Positions 1 through 10,420 of a stretch of 64,000 nt of DNA are shown piece by piece (position 1 is the stretch's first letter; every line of letters starts with the position of its first letter). A program made the position numbers and the translations under genes. Source of the stretch: an uncultured Chroococcidiopsis sp. (lineage in GTDB: Bacteria > Cyanobacteriota > Cyanobacteriia > Cyanobacteriales > Chroococcidiopsidaceae); the NCBI GenBank assembly GCA_964248365.1, contig CAXTYC010000008.1:32001-96000 (forward strand), read 5' to 3'. The notes beneath the pieces were generated by a model. The model did no database searches and was not told the DNA's origin. It saw nothing but the letters and a program-made list of their open reading frames with translations.

Positions 1-2677
1 GCGGAACGTAAATTAGCAACATTTGCAAAATTGTAGTTACAACTACAGCCCCCAGCACGTAGGGATTCGAGAATGGATTCATTTGGATAAACAACCTTGT
101 GTTGGAGCGAATCGCTAAGGCATGACCCATCTGAGCTAAACAGAGGGTTGTAAATACCATTGTCTTCCAGCGATCGCGATCAAGTGTAGGAGTGACAACC
201 GCTTTGGAGTGAAAATAAGCCCATTCCATCAGCACAATGCTGAGAATGGCAAAAATAATCCCAATGCGGATCATGTACCATCCCAATCCCCTGGCGAAAA
301 TACTCTCACGGGGACTGAAGGGCGGACGCTTCATCACGTTGGGTTCAGCGGGTTCGACAGCCAAAGCAAGGGCAGGTAAACCATCTGTCACCAAGTTCAT
401 CCAGAGAATTTGCAGGGGCGACAGGGGAACACCACCTAATCCCAGGATAGGTGCGGCGGCAATTGTCAATACCTCACCGATGTTGCTACCGAGAATGTAT
501 TTGATAAAGCGGCGAATATTAGTGTAGACAACTCTACCTTCTTCAGTTGCAGCGACGATTGTAGCAAAGTTGTCATCTAACAGTACCATGTCACTGGCTT
601 CTTTACTCACGTCAGTGCCAGTGATACCCATAGCGATACCAATATCAGCTTGTTTGAGGGCAGGGGCATCATTAACCCCATCTCCCGTCATTGCTACAAA
701 TTTGCCTCGGCGTTGCAGTGCTTGGACAATGCGTAATTTGTGTTCTGGAGACACCCTAGCGTAGATGCTAACACGATCAACTTCTTGCTCTAGCTCAGGT
801 TGGCTCATGCGTTCCAATTCTTGACCAGTTAGAACTTGATCGCCCGCTTGGGCAATTCCCAAATCGATGGCGATCGCTTTTGCTGTTAATTGGTGGTCGC
901 CAGTAATCATCACTGGGCGAATCCCCGCATCTTGGCATCGGGCTACTGCATCTCGCACCTCTGGTCTAGGTGCATCGAGCATTCCCACCAGTCCTAGCCA
1001 AACTAAATCCCGTTCCGATGTTTCTTCCGACTTTTCTGGTGGTAGTTGATGCAAGGGTTTGTAGGCAAAGCCCAAAACGCGCAAACCATTACCTGCCATT
1101 GTGTCATTTTGCGCTAGGATTTGCCGACGTTGAGCATCGATTATCGGCACAGCGCGATCGCCTGTATGAATTCGATTGCACCGCGCTAAAACTAGCTCTG
1201 GTGAGCCTTTGGTAAACATGATGTAATCTTCATCTGGTGCTAACCTCCTTCCACCTACCCCACTGCTAGCCTCTGAACGCACAATGCTACAAATTACACT
1301 CATTCGCTTGCGTTCCGAGGAAAAGGGAAATTCCAAAACACGGGGTAAGCGACTCGCCCACTGGTCTTTTTCAACGCCTCCTTTACCTGCTAGAGTTAAC
1401 AGTGCGCCCTCGGTTGGATCTCCTAAAATTATCCACTGCCCATCTTTTTGTTGCAAAGTAGAATCATTACAAAGCGCACAAGCGATCAGCATTGCTTCTA
1501 TTTCAGGATGCTCGTCAGGATCGACTGTGTGAGTGTCAAGCAAAAACTCGCCGCGGGGAGTGTAACCCTCGCCTGTTACCCGCAGGGATTTATTATTCAT
1601 TTCAATCGCCTGCACCACCATTTTATTTTGTGTCAGGGTTCCAGTTTTATCTGAGCAAATGGTGGTAACACTACCCAAAGTTTCCACCGCTGGCAGTTTA
1701 CGAATGAGTGCCTGACGGCGTACCATTCGTTGAGTTCCCAGTGCCAAGGTGACAGTGATTACAGCTGGCAAGCCTTCTGGTACTACGGCAACAGCCATAC
1801 TCAGAGAAACTTCCAATAGGTCTTCAAAAGCGCCCCAGCCTAGGCGGAGTACTCCGCCTATCACTACCAGAGCAACTAAGATGAGAGAACCGGATACCAG
1901 CACATTACCAAGCTGAGCCATTCGCTGCTGTAAGGGAGTTGGTTCACTCTCTACCCCTTGGATCATGGCAGCGATTTTGCCCAATTCAGTCTGCATTCCA
2001 GTGCCTGTGACGATCACCTTAGCGCGTCCTTGGACAACTTCTGTGCCTTGAAATACCATGTTGATGCGATCGCCTATTCCGGTTTCTTCCGGCACTTGAA
2101 TATCTGCTTGTTTTTCCGCTGCTGCCGCTTCACCAGTTAGGGCAGATTCTCGCACTTGCAGGTTAGATTCTTCAACTAAACGTCCGTCTGCTGAAAGCTG
2201 AACCCCAGCTTCTAGCAGCATGATATCTCCAGGTACGAGTTGCTTTGCCTCAACCTCAACCAATTTGCCGTCGCGCTGCACTCTCACCAAAGGAGCTGAT
2301 AGACGTTTGAGCGCTGCTAAAGCTTTTTCAGCGCGGCTTTCTTGGACATAGCCCAGAATGCCGTTGAGGATGACAATCAAACTAATGGCGATCGCATCTT
2401 TGGGAAAGTTGTTACCACGTAAATCTAGAACCGCAGATACTATTGCCACTGCGATCAGCATCAATAACATAATGTTTTTGAACTGATCGAGCAAAATCGT
2501 GATGGCGCTGCGTCCGCCAGTTTCTTCTAGTTCGTTGAGTCCGTACTGTTGTAGCCGCTGTTGCACTTGCTGGGTGCTTAAGCCACTATTGCGATCGCTC
2601 TCTAACAGTTGTATTGTCTTATCAACTTCTAGGGCGTGCCAGACGGCGGTTGGTTTGGGTTGAGAATGTGCAGACAT
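1..2677 (-). CDS. Cation-transporting P-type ATPase (type IIA, PacL/Ca2+-ATPase-like); 3' end runs off the window
   Basis: Not in the ORF track because it is truncated. Manual minus-strand translation from ATG at 2677 gives [18 protein letters not shown]..., with [14 protein letters not shown] (~1620-1660), [12 protein letters not shown] and [12 protein letters not shown] (~655-690). Confidence 0.92.
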   Translation of the reverse strand, partial: MSAHSQPKPTAVWHALEVDKTIQLLESDRNSGLSTQQVQQRLQQYGLNELEETGGRSAITILLDQFKNIMLLMLIAVAIVSAVLDLRGNNFPKDAIAISLIVILNGILGYVQESRAEKALAALKRLSAPLVRVQRDGKLVEVEAKQLVPGDIMLLEAGVQLSADGRLVEESNLQVRESALTGEAAAAEKQADIQVPEETGIGDRINMVFQGTEVVQGRAKVIVTGTGMQTELGKIAAMIQGVESEPTPLQQRMAQLGNVLVSGSLILVALVVIGGVLRLGWGAFEDLLEVSLSMAVAVVPEGLPAVITVTLALGTQRMVRRQALIRKLPAVETLGSVTTICSDKTGTLTQNKMVVQAIEMNNKSLRVTGEGYTPRGEFLLDTHTVDPDEHPEIEAMLIACALCNDSTLQQKDGQWIILGDPTEGALLTLAGKGGVEKDQWASRLPRVLEFPFSSERKRMSVICSIVRSEASSGVGGRRLAPDEDYIMFTKGSPELVLARCNRIHTGDRAVPIIDAQRRQILAQNDTMAGNGLRVLGFAYKPLHQLPPEKSEETSERDLVWLGLVGMLDAPRPEVRDAVARCQDAGIRPVMITGDHQLTAKAIAIDLGIAQAGDQVLTGQELERMSQPELEQEVDRVSIYARVSPEHKLRIVQALQRRGKFVAMTGDGVNDAPALKQADIGIAMGITGTDVSKEASDMVLLDDNFATIVAATEEGRVVYTNIRRFIKYILGSNIGEVLTIAAAPILGLGGVPLSPLQILWMNLVTDGLPALALAVEPAEPNVMKRPPFSPRESIFARGLGWYMIRIGIIFAILSIVLMEWAYFHSKAVVTPTLDRDRWKTMVFTTLCLAQMGHALAIRSNTRLFIQMNPFSNPYVLGAVVVTTILQMLLIYVP

Positions 2678-3094
2678 GGATAGCCAGGAGAATGCTTCTT
2701 GAACATAATCATAAATTAGACATCATATTTGAGCTATCACTAGTGGCGAGTCTAAGAGTGAAAAGATAGAAATCAGGAGTTGTGGAGTCAGAAGACAGAA
2801 GACACAAGACAGAAGACACAAGACAGAATATTTAATTCCCCCTTGCCCCCTTGTCCTCAACACTAGCCCCTAATACGATCGCCCCTCTATTTACCTGGCA
2901 TCACTCTTGTGACTGTTATGTGTTCCTAACTAACAGTTTAAAATTCTTAAAAGTGTTTAGGATTTTATCAAGTTCACAAATTGGCTTTGATCAAACCCCA
3001 CCCCTGCGTCCTCTTGTTTCTCGCTTTGTACTATAGTATGGGCGAACCGCCCATAGTTCCTAGCCTCTAGCCTCTAGCCCCTAGCCCCTCCATT

Positions 3095-4747
3095 ATGATC
3101 GCCACATCTGTTTCTACCACCCAGACAATTCGACCAATTGGCGCTGCTGCCTTATACGGCATTGCCTGCTTTCAAAATCAGCTCTTAGCTATTGATACAG
3201 TTAAAGGGCATCTACTACAAATTGACCCAGGCACGGATAACAGCACAATATTGAACTTTCGTCAAGTAGCTTCTTTTGTAGATGTCACAGGTCTAGCTGT
3301 GTGGGAAGATACCCTTTGGTGTACGCGGGAAAACACGGTCTACTCGTGCCAGATGGGAGATTATACCCTCAAGCCTTTTGTTGACCTACCCTATCGGGCA
3401 GATGGTGTTGCCGTTTGGCAAACAACCGTATATGTTACCTGTCAAAAAGCTGGCTACATATTCATTTTTGATCGGACGACTGGTCGCTCTATTACCAGGT
3501 TTTATGCCCCTGGAGTTGGAGTAGAAAATATTACTGTGCGACAGGAGGAACTGTGGATATGCGATCGCACTGAACAAACGGTCTACTGTCTTGATCGTGC
3601 AACCGGAGAAATCAAATTTAGTGTTTTGACTCCGTTTGAATGTCCGACTGGCTTAACTTTCTATCCCAATGGGCAATCAAAAGAAGCAACGCTTTATGTT
3701 GCTTACGCCAGTGAAGAACCTTACATTCGGGATAACCCGAATCAGGAACCGCCCCATGAATTAACCTACCGCGATCGCACTTTCATTCACCCGCTACATT
3801 ATCATTACGACCCAGCCAAACGCTATGCCTTATCCAACGGCTATCTGATTGAAATGTCTTATGTAGAGGAGCTAGATCCTTTAGAAGAGGTAGACGTAGA
3901 ACAGGTAGAGTGGCGAATTGCCTTACCAGCCGAAACTGATCGCCAAAAGGTACGACATATCGAACCAATTGGTTTACCCTTTAGCGAAGAACTACAAGAA
4001 GGACAACGGGTAGCAGTATTTAAATTGGATCGTTTGCAACCAGGCGATCGCCACTTGTTTGGTTGGAAAGCGCTTTTAGAAGTCCGAGGAATTAAGTACC
4101 GCTTCACGCCAAAAGACACACAAAAGATTCCTCCTCTTTCACCGCAATTCCAACAGCGCTATCTGGTTGATGATGACGAATTAGCGATGGATACATCTAT
4201 CGTTCGCCGCGCCGCCGAGGAAGCGATCGGGACTGAAACCAATCTGCTGCGGAAAATGTACAACATTCGTAACTACGTCTACGATCAGTTGTCCTACGGC
4301 ATTAAACCTCACATTGACACACCAGACGTGGTGCTAGAAAGGGGTATAGGCTCTTGTGGTGAGTATGTGGGCGTTTTACTTGCCTTAATGCGGTTGAATG
4401 GCATTGCCTGTCGCACTATTGGTCGCTACAAGTGTCCTTCCTATGCCGATTATCAGCGTGTACCACTACAACCAGACTTTAATCATGTGTGGCTAGAATT
4501 TTACTTGCCTGGATTAGATCTTTGGCTACCGATGGAATCAAACCCTGATGATGTGGTAGAACAAGGTCCCTATCCCACCAGGTTTTTTATGGGTTTAGCT
4601 TGGTATCACATTGAAATTGGCAAAGGAATTACGTTTGAAAGTATCAAAAGCAAAGAAGTACAGCTAAACAAGGAAGAAATTTCAATTGGCAATTTAGCAA
4701 TTAATCATATTCGGTTCACAATTCTCGAAGAACTGCCACCTTTTTAG
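3095..4747 (+). CDS. Transglutaminase-like domain protein with an N-terminal beta-propeller-like repeat region
   Basis: GSCGEY (Cys) and FNHVWLEFY (His) motifs; the N-terminal half has repeated G[LV]A[VW]...LW/VY blades. Confidence 0.8.
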   Translation: MIATSVSTTQTIRPIGAAALYGIACFQNQLLAIDTVKGHLLQIDPGTDNSTILNFRQVASFVDVTGLAVWEDTLWCTRENTVYSCQMGDYTLKPFVDLPYRADGVAVWQTTVYVTCQKAGYIFIFDRTTGRSITRFYAPGVGVENITVRQEELWICDRTEQTVYCLDRATGEIKFSVLTPFECPTGLTFYPNGQSKEATLYVAYASEEPYIRDNPNQEPPHELTYRDRTFIHPLHYHYDPAKRYALSNGYLIEMSYVEELDPLEEVDVEQVEWRIALPAETDRQKVRHIEPIGLPFSEELQEGQRVAVFKLDRLQPGDRHLFGWKALLEVRGIKYRFTPKDTQKIPPLSPQFQQRYLVDDDELAMDTSIVRRAAEEAIGTETNLLRKMYNIRNYVYDQLSYGIKPHIDTPDVVLERGIGSCGEYVGVLLALMRLNGIACRTIGRYKCPSYADYQRVPLQPDFNHVWLEFYLPGLDLWLPMESNPDDVVEQGPYPTRFFMGLAWYHIEIGKGITFESIKSKEVQLNKEEISIGNLAINHIRFTILEELPPF

Positions 4748-4905
4748 AGAGACTGGGGGCTGGGGGCTAGGGGCTAGAGGAAAGCAGGGGGGCAGAGTTG
4801 CCCAGGGGCAGATGAAAGAATTAAATATTCTGTCTTCTGTCTCCTGACTCCTGGCTCCTGTTTTCTATCTTTTCACTACTTTTCTACTCACTGTTCACTA
4901 CAAAT

Positions 4906-6054
4906 ATGCATCGTCGTCAATTTTTACAATATGCCAGTTTAGCTGGAACTGGATTTGCATTTGCTGCTTGTAGTCAGGGCAATAATTCTAATTCTTCAAC
5001 GGGACAATCTAACTCACAAGCGTCACCCCTCGCCGCAAATGAACCGTTGAAGGTGGGATTTGTTTACGTTGGTCCTGTGGGTGATTTTGGTTGGACTCAT
5101 GCCCATGATTTAGGTCGAAGGGAAATGGAAGCCAATCTCAAAGGCAAGGTGGTGAGTAAGTATGTGGAAAGTGTCAGCGAAGGCGCAGACGCGGAGCGAG
5201 TAATTCGCCAGTTAGCGCTAGATGGCAACAAATTGATTTTTACTACTTCCTTTGGCTTCATGAATCCGACACTTAAGGTGGCAAAAAACTTTCCTAATGT
5301 TGCCTTTGAACACTGTACAGGCTATAAACGCGCTGCCAATGTCGGGACTTATATGGGACGGTTTGAAGAACCCCGCTATTTAACTGGCATGATTGCGGGT
5401 AAGATGACAAAATCAAATATTATTGGCTATCTCGGTGCTTTTCCAATCCCAGAGGTGATTCGGGGAATTGGTGCTTTTACCCAAGGACTACGGGCGGTAA
5501 ATCCTAAAGCAACGGTCAAAGTGGTTTGGGTGCAAAGTTGGTATGATCCGGCAAAAGAACGAGATGCAGCTGGAGCCTTGATTAACGCAGGTGCAGATGT
5601 GTTAGCACAGCACACTGACTCTGCTGCTACTGTTGGGCTAGCCCAGGAAAGGGGAATTTATGCCTTTGGTTACAACACCGATATGAGTAAGTTCGGTGCT
5701 AAAGCTCATTTGACTTCTGCCATTAATACCTGGGGCGAATTCTATACAGCAAAAGCCCAGGCTGTATTAGACGGCACATGGAAGCCCCAGAACGTATGGG
5801 CAGGTATTGGTGAAGGTATGGTAGATATTTCTCCCATGAATGACGCCATTGGTCAAGATGTGCAGAAATTAGTAATGGCAAAGCGCCTGGAGTTAATTAA
5901 AGGTACTGCCCATCCATTTGAGGGACCAGTCAAAGATCAAACTGGGACAGTAAGAGTACCGCTCGGTCAGGTATTAGATGATCAAGCTCAACTCGCAATG
6001 GACTGGTATGTACAGGGCATTGAGGGAGCAATCCCAAAAGGGGCTAGTAGCTAG
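4906..6054 (+). CDS. BMP-family ABC substrate-binding lipoprotein (purine/nucleoside type)
   Basis: RRQFL Tat-like motif plus lipobox FAAC; KVGFVYVGPVGDFGWTHAHDLGR, TTSFGFM, QHTDS. Confidence 0.9.
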   Translation: MHRRQFLQYASLAGTGFAFAACSQGNNSNSSTGQSNSQASPLAANEPLKVGFVYVGPVGDFGWTHAHDLGRREMEANLKGKVVSKYVESVSEGADAERVIRQLALDGNKLIFTTSFGFMNPTLKVAKNFPNVAFEHCTGYKRAANVGTYMGRFEEPRYLTGMIAGKMTKSNIIGYLGAFPIPEVIRGIGAFTQGLRAVNPKATVKVVWVQSWYDPAKERDAAGALINAGADVLAQHTDSAATVGLAQERGIYAFGYNTDMSKFGAKAHLTSAINTWGEFYTAKAQAVLDGTWKPQNVWAGIGEGMVDISPMNDAIGQDVQKLVMAKRLELIKGTAHPFEGPVKDQTGTVRVPLGQVLDDQAQLAMDWYVQGIEGAIPKGASS

Positions 6055-6077
6055 GATAATAATTCATAGTTCCTAAG

Positions 6078-6491
6078 CTAACAGCTAATAGCTTTTTTAG
6101 TGGCGGGTTGTCTTTTGGTAGCTAAAAGTTGTTCAATTTGCTGTAATATTGCCTCTAATCCAGCATCTTTAGCTAAAAAACCATCAGCTTCAGGACAAAT
6201 TTCTTGACCTATTTCTAATTCACTTCTACTTAAAAATCCTGTTGCTAATATGAGCAAAGGAGGGTTAGGTAAAGTTGCTTTTAGTAGACAAATTAGCTCA
6301 CAGCCATCTATTTCTTTTTCATAATTAGCACATGGCATAGAGTAATCTACTATCACTAAGTCATAGGAGTCTGGTTTTTGTAGAAAAGCAGACACTTTTG
6401 TAAAGATAGTGACTTCAAACTCTCGGTTTAAAAAATGCTTAAGAGATAAGCAGTAAAGTTCATTATCATCTATTACAGCAATTTTGTACAT
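6078..6491 (-). CDS. Single-domain response regulator
   Basis: IAVIDDN, DLVIVD (phospho-Asp), ILATG, FLAK. Confidence 0.85.
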   Translation of the reverse strand: MYKIAVIDDNELYCLSLKHFLNREFEVTIFTKVSAFLQKPDSYDLVIVDYSMPCANYEKEIDGCELICLLKATLPNPPLLILATGFLSRSELEIGQEICPEADGFLAKDAGLEAILQQIEQLLATKRQPATKKAISC

Positions 6492-6733
6492 CTGTTCTAC
6501 CTTCTAAGCCAATAATGTGCTTCTAATATTTTCGCTAAAACTATTTTCCTCCTAAATTGGAGATTTGGATGGAAAAGTTAAAAAAACATTAAAATTCGAT
6601 GATTTTTTACGTCCTTGTGCATAGTGACTACTTCTTCATCTATCTTTAGATAGGTTTCCTTGTAACCAAAGGAAGTAGTAAGAGGTAAGTAATTCTACTC
6701 ATTATTCCCTAGAGTGAAAACCCCAGGCTATAC

Positions 6734-7126
6734 TTATACCTTGCACAATTGATGAATCAAATCTAAGAGGGCGGCATAATCGGTAATCGGTTTGGCAATG
6801 AACTCATCGGCTTGCGAATTTTCAAGCAGAACTTTTCGCTCGGCGATCATTGCATAGGCTGTCACTAAGATGATGGGAATATGGGCTGTGGGCGGATGAT
6901 TTTTTAAAATACGAGCTAAGTCAGCGCCACTAACTGCCGTCTCTTGCCACTGCGCGTGGGGCAGGTTAACATCCATAATTACCAAATCTACATCTTTAGC
7001 TTCGCATCGCCAGAAAATTTCTGCAGGCTCGTCTGTGATGTAAACATTGTGACCACCAATTCTGTGAATAAGTTTAGCGGTACTATAAGCTAAAGCGTAG
7101 TCATCATCAACAAGTAATATGTTCAA
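6734..7126 (-). CDS. Single-domain response regulator, DivK-like (TTG start)
   Basis: ILLVDDD, DLVIMDVNLP, PIILVTAYAM, FIAKP; paralogous to 55796..56185. Confidence 0.85.
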   Translation of the reverse strand: MNILLVDDDYALAYSTAKLIHRIGGHNVYITDEPAEIFWRCEAKDVDLVIMDVNLPHAQWQETAVSGADLARILKNHPPTAHIPIILVTAYAMIAERKVLLENSQADEFIAKPITDYAALLDLIHQLCKV

Positions 7127-7456
7127 TATACCTTTAACAACTCCCTCCTTTGCTCTCTTGTGAGTGCTATAAATGACAGTTGTGGCACAGATGACATCAA
7201 GTGTATTGCACTAATATAATTTAACAGTTTCTGTTATTATCTACTTCGTTCTATTGATACAAAATATGTAAAAGCAAATACAACTATAAATATAATAATT
7301 TTATTGAAATATATAAAGCCAAATCTGACTGTAGATATAAAAAGTGTATTGGAATAATTTATAATTATTAAAAAAGTTACAAGGATTGTAAATACAACTT
7401 TTCTAAGCTCTAGGTGCATATAAGTTGCATTTTATGCCGCACCACAAACTTTATGC

Positions 7457-7490
7457 GGGTGCGTTAGGTCTTTGCCCTAACGCACCCTAC
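7457..7490. repeat. REP-like GTAG-family palindrome (GGGTGCGTTAGG...CCTAACGCACCCTAC); related copy at ~20524-20558
   Basis: Inverted repeat ending in CCTAC. Similar GTAGGG...CCTAC hairpins occur at ~15488-15551 and ~56281-56309. Confidence 0.65.
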
Positions 7491-7531
7491 AATGGTGCTT
7501 TACATTTGGTAACTGGTAACTGGTAACGGGT

Positions 7532-9544
7532 TTAATCGTGGGAGGGGAGAGTAAAAACTACAGTTGTTCCTTGAGATAAACCGGAATCTAACCAAATTTC
7601 ACCACCCATTAGTTCTACTAAACGTTTACAGATAGTTAAACCCAAACCTGTACCACCGTAGCGACGTTTAATAGAACCATCAGCCTGCACAAACGGTTCA
7701 AATAGTAAATCTTTTTTTGTAGGATCAATACCGATACCAGTATCAGCTACAGAAATTTCAACGAAAGGTTTGTCAGTGCGTTTGATTGCTTTAACGCAAA
7801 CTTTGCCTTTGTGAGTAAATTTGAAGGCGTTGGAAAGCAAGTTAGTGAATATTTGTCTGAGCTTAACTTTATCGGCGTAAATGGTATCAACTTCGCATTC
7901 AATTATTAGGGAAATTCCCTTGCGATCGCTATCTAATCGAAATAGGCGACACTGTTCTTCTAGCAGGCAATCAAGCTTGATTGTCTGCCAATTCACCTGC
8001 ATTCGCCCTGCTTCTATTTTAGCAAGGTCGAGGACATCATTGATCAAAGCGACAAGATTTTCGGCTGACTGATAGGCAATGTTGATATATTCTTTTAACT
8101 CTTCCTCATTGTCATAAAAACCTTCTTTTAGCAGTTTTAGGTAGTTTAGTGTAGAGGCTAGAGGTGTGCGTAATTCATGGCTGGTGGATGAGAGGAAATC
8201 TGACTTGAGGCGATTAGCTTCCTCTGCTACTGTACGAGCAGCATTTAGTTCTCTCGTTTGCATTTCCAATACCAAACGCTGCTGGTGTTCGTATTGATAC
8301 AGTCGATTCTGCATTACTGCCATTGTTAAATGATTTCCCAATGACTGCACAAGTTGAATTTCTTGGTTAGTCCAAATTCTTGCTTGATTCTTTTTCAACT
8401 CTCGCCAAGCTGCAAACGAGTTTCTTACTCTGAAATTGCGCTCATCTGGATCGAATTTGCCTGCCCAGATTATGTCAGTATCAATTTCATCCCGAAAGAT
8501 GGTGAGGCAACCCAAAGATTGTCTACTATATTGCAGGGGCATTACTAGCAAGCTGCGGATACTGGTATGCTTGAAGGCAGGAGCAACATCTAGTAATCGT
8601 ATTTCTTGGTAGATATCATCGATCGCTTCAATTGGTTGTTCTTTACCTTCACTCAATATTAGCTGTTGCCAAAACGGGTAATCCTCAAGCATTGCTTGTG
8701 TTTCACTCAATGCAACCGATTGAGCATTGTAAGTATAAACAGCAGCACACTCTTGCCCTGTTGAGGTAAGATACAGTCTCCCCCCAGAACCTTCGACGCT
8801 GTTAACAATTCTTTCTAAAACAATTTGGAGAATTTCTTGAATTTTGAAAGGAGAGTGAAGCAGGGTAGAAAATTGGTTAATCAGTTCTTCACGACGAGCT
8901 TTTTCTCTAGCTTGAGTAAGCAAATCGGATTGGGCGATCGCAATTGCTACTTGATCGGCGATCATTTGGACAATCTGTAACTCTTGCTGTTTAAAAGCTT
9001 TCGGCTGAGCATGATGGGAAACCAGTAAACCCCATAGCTGCTGTTGATGTAGAATCGGTATTACTAGAGAAGACTTTACCCCCATTGAGGACAGATATTC
9101 AACGTGACAAGGATCAACTGGGCGCTGGAGAATGTCTGCGATCGCACATTTTTGCACTTGTTCAACTGTCAAATCTCCAGTGTCAAGACTATCCAAGTGA
9201 TTGAGGGTAATCTGCTGCTGCCCAACGTCTACAATTGAGCGTGTGCGAGCTTTGACGAACATCTCTCGCGCATGAGGGGGGATATCTCCGGCGGGAAAGT
9301 GTAGCCCCAGCAATGATGGTAAACGATGAGTTACAATTGATTCGGCGATTACTTGTCCCGTTCCATCAGGATCAAATTTGTAAATTTTGACTCGATCTGT
9401 ATGCAAAAATGACCGAATCTCCTGCACTGTACACGATAGAATCTCTCCCAGTTCCAGAGATTGACGGATACGATGAGTCATCCGGTTGAGCAAAGTTTCC
9501 TCAGTGATAGCCACTTTACTGTTATTTCTATTTTTATGGCGCAT
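7532..9544 (-). CDS. Knotless (Cph2/AphC-type) phytochrome histidine kinase: GAF, PHY-like GAF, HisKA, HATPase
   Basis: GAF1 has GLHFPAGDIPPHAR (DIP) and RPVDPCHVEYL (bilin Cys-His); tongue WAG...RNSF..WRE; H-box SHELRTPL; N box, DTGIG and GGTGLGL. Confidence 0.9.
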   Translation of the reverse strand: MRHKNRNNSKVAITEETLLNRMTHRIRQSLELGEILSCTVQEIRSFLHTDRVKIYKFDPDGTGQVIAESIVTHRLPSLLGLHFPAGDIPPHAREMFVKARTRSIVDVGQQQITLNHLDSLDTGDLTVEQVQKCAIADILQRPVDPCHVEYLSSMGVKSSLVIPILHQQQLWGLLVSHHAQPKAFKQQELQIVQMIADQVAIAIAQSDLLTQAREKARREELINQFSTLLHSPFKIQEILQIVLERIVNSVEGSGGRLYLTSTGQECAAVYTYNAQSVALSETQAMLEDYPFWQQLILSEGKEQPIEAIDDIYQEIRLLDVAPAFKHTSIRSLLVMPLQYSRQSLGCLTIFRDEIDTDIIWAGKFDPDERNFRVRNSFAAWRELKKNQARIWTNQEIQLVQSLGNHLTMAVMQNRLYQYEHQQRLVLEMQTRELNAARTVAEEANRLKSDFLSSTSHELRTPLASTLNYLKLLKEGFYDNEEELKEYINIAYQSAENLVALINDVLDLAKIEAGRMQVNWQTIKLDCLLEEQCRLFRLDSDRKGISLIIECEVDTIYADKVKLRQIFTNLLSNAFKFTHKGKVCVKAIKRTDKPFVEISVADTGIGIDPTKKDLLFEPFVQADGSIKRRYGGTGLGLTICKRLVELMGGEIWLDSGLSQGTTVVFTLPSHD

Positions 9545-9748
9545 TTCCTATTGGGGAGATTAAAAAAGTTGTAGTTTATCAAACAAAATTTAATTACCTT
9601 TAATTATATATGACCATAACAATTCATAATAAGGGTAAAGGCTAAAGGCTAAAGGGTAAAGGTAATTCGTAATTAATAATTCTCACCTTGCGCCCCTTGC
9701 GCCCCTTGCCCCTTGCGCCCCTCTGCCCACTCTCGCCCTCGCTCTTTG

Positions 9749-10186
9749 TTACCAACGACTGCGGTGATTAGATTTTAATTGTTTATCAGCATCATTTTTT
9801 GGGGAAACCAGAAGTTGTTGCAGTTGCTGCAAAATATTGTCTAGTCCTGCATCTTTTCCTAAGAAAGCATCAGCTTCTTCGCAGATTACTTTACCACTTT
9901 CCAATTCATTTTTACCAATAAACGCTGTTACTAAAACAAGTATTGGTGGTGATGGGAAAATTTTTCTAATATGCTGAATTAGTTTACGTCCATTAATTTC
10001 TTTATATTGGCTGGGTGGAAGAGATAGATCGATCATAATTAAGTCATATCGATTTGGCTCCCGTTCTATATCTTCTAAAAGAGAGTTGGCATCGCTAAAA
10101 CTAGATACTTCAAAAGTATTTCTGAAGAAGCGCTGAACTGCCAAACACCACAGATGATCGTCATCGATAATAGCAATTCTATTCAT
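9749..10186 (-). CDS. Single-domain response regulator (paralog of 6078..6491)
   Basis: IAIIDDD, DLIMIDLSLP, VLVTA, FLGKDAGL. Confidence 0.85.
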   Translation of the reverse strand: MNRIAIIDDDHLWCLAVQRFFRNTFEVSSFSDANSLLEDIEREPNRYDLIMIDLSLPPSQYKEINGRKLIQHIRKIFPSPPILVLVTAFIGKNELESGKVICEEADAFLGKDAGLDNILQQLQQLLVSPKNDADKQLKSNHRSRW

Positions 10187-10420
10187 TCAATTCTTACCTT
10201 ATCTAAATTGATTATTTCTTACTCCTAGAGGAGAAATAAATATTTTTTGATTGTCTATGGTTTGAAAAATTATAATTTTTTTTAAAACATTAATATTAAA
10301 CGTGTTATTATTATTATTAGTAACAAAACTTGAGTATAAAAATTTATTCTATTTAAAATAAAAATAATTTCTTAAGCAAGTGGCATGGAATGAGTTGAAT
10401 TAACTCTAAATCCATTTCTA

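Noticed and set aside
237..2140. Several short + strand ORFs in the track
   Set aside because: They are antisense shadows of the minus-strand P-type ATPase, which the track missed because it runs off the window.
7237..7419. 60-aa hydrophobic ORF in the AT-rich spacer
   Set aside because: The Ile/Phe richness is explained by extreme AT content, and no motif supports it; it cannot be fully excluded.
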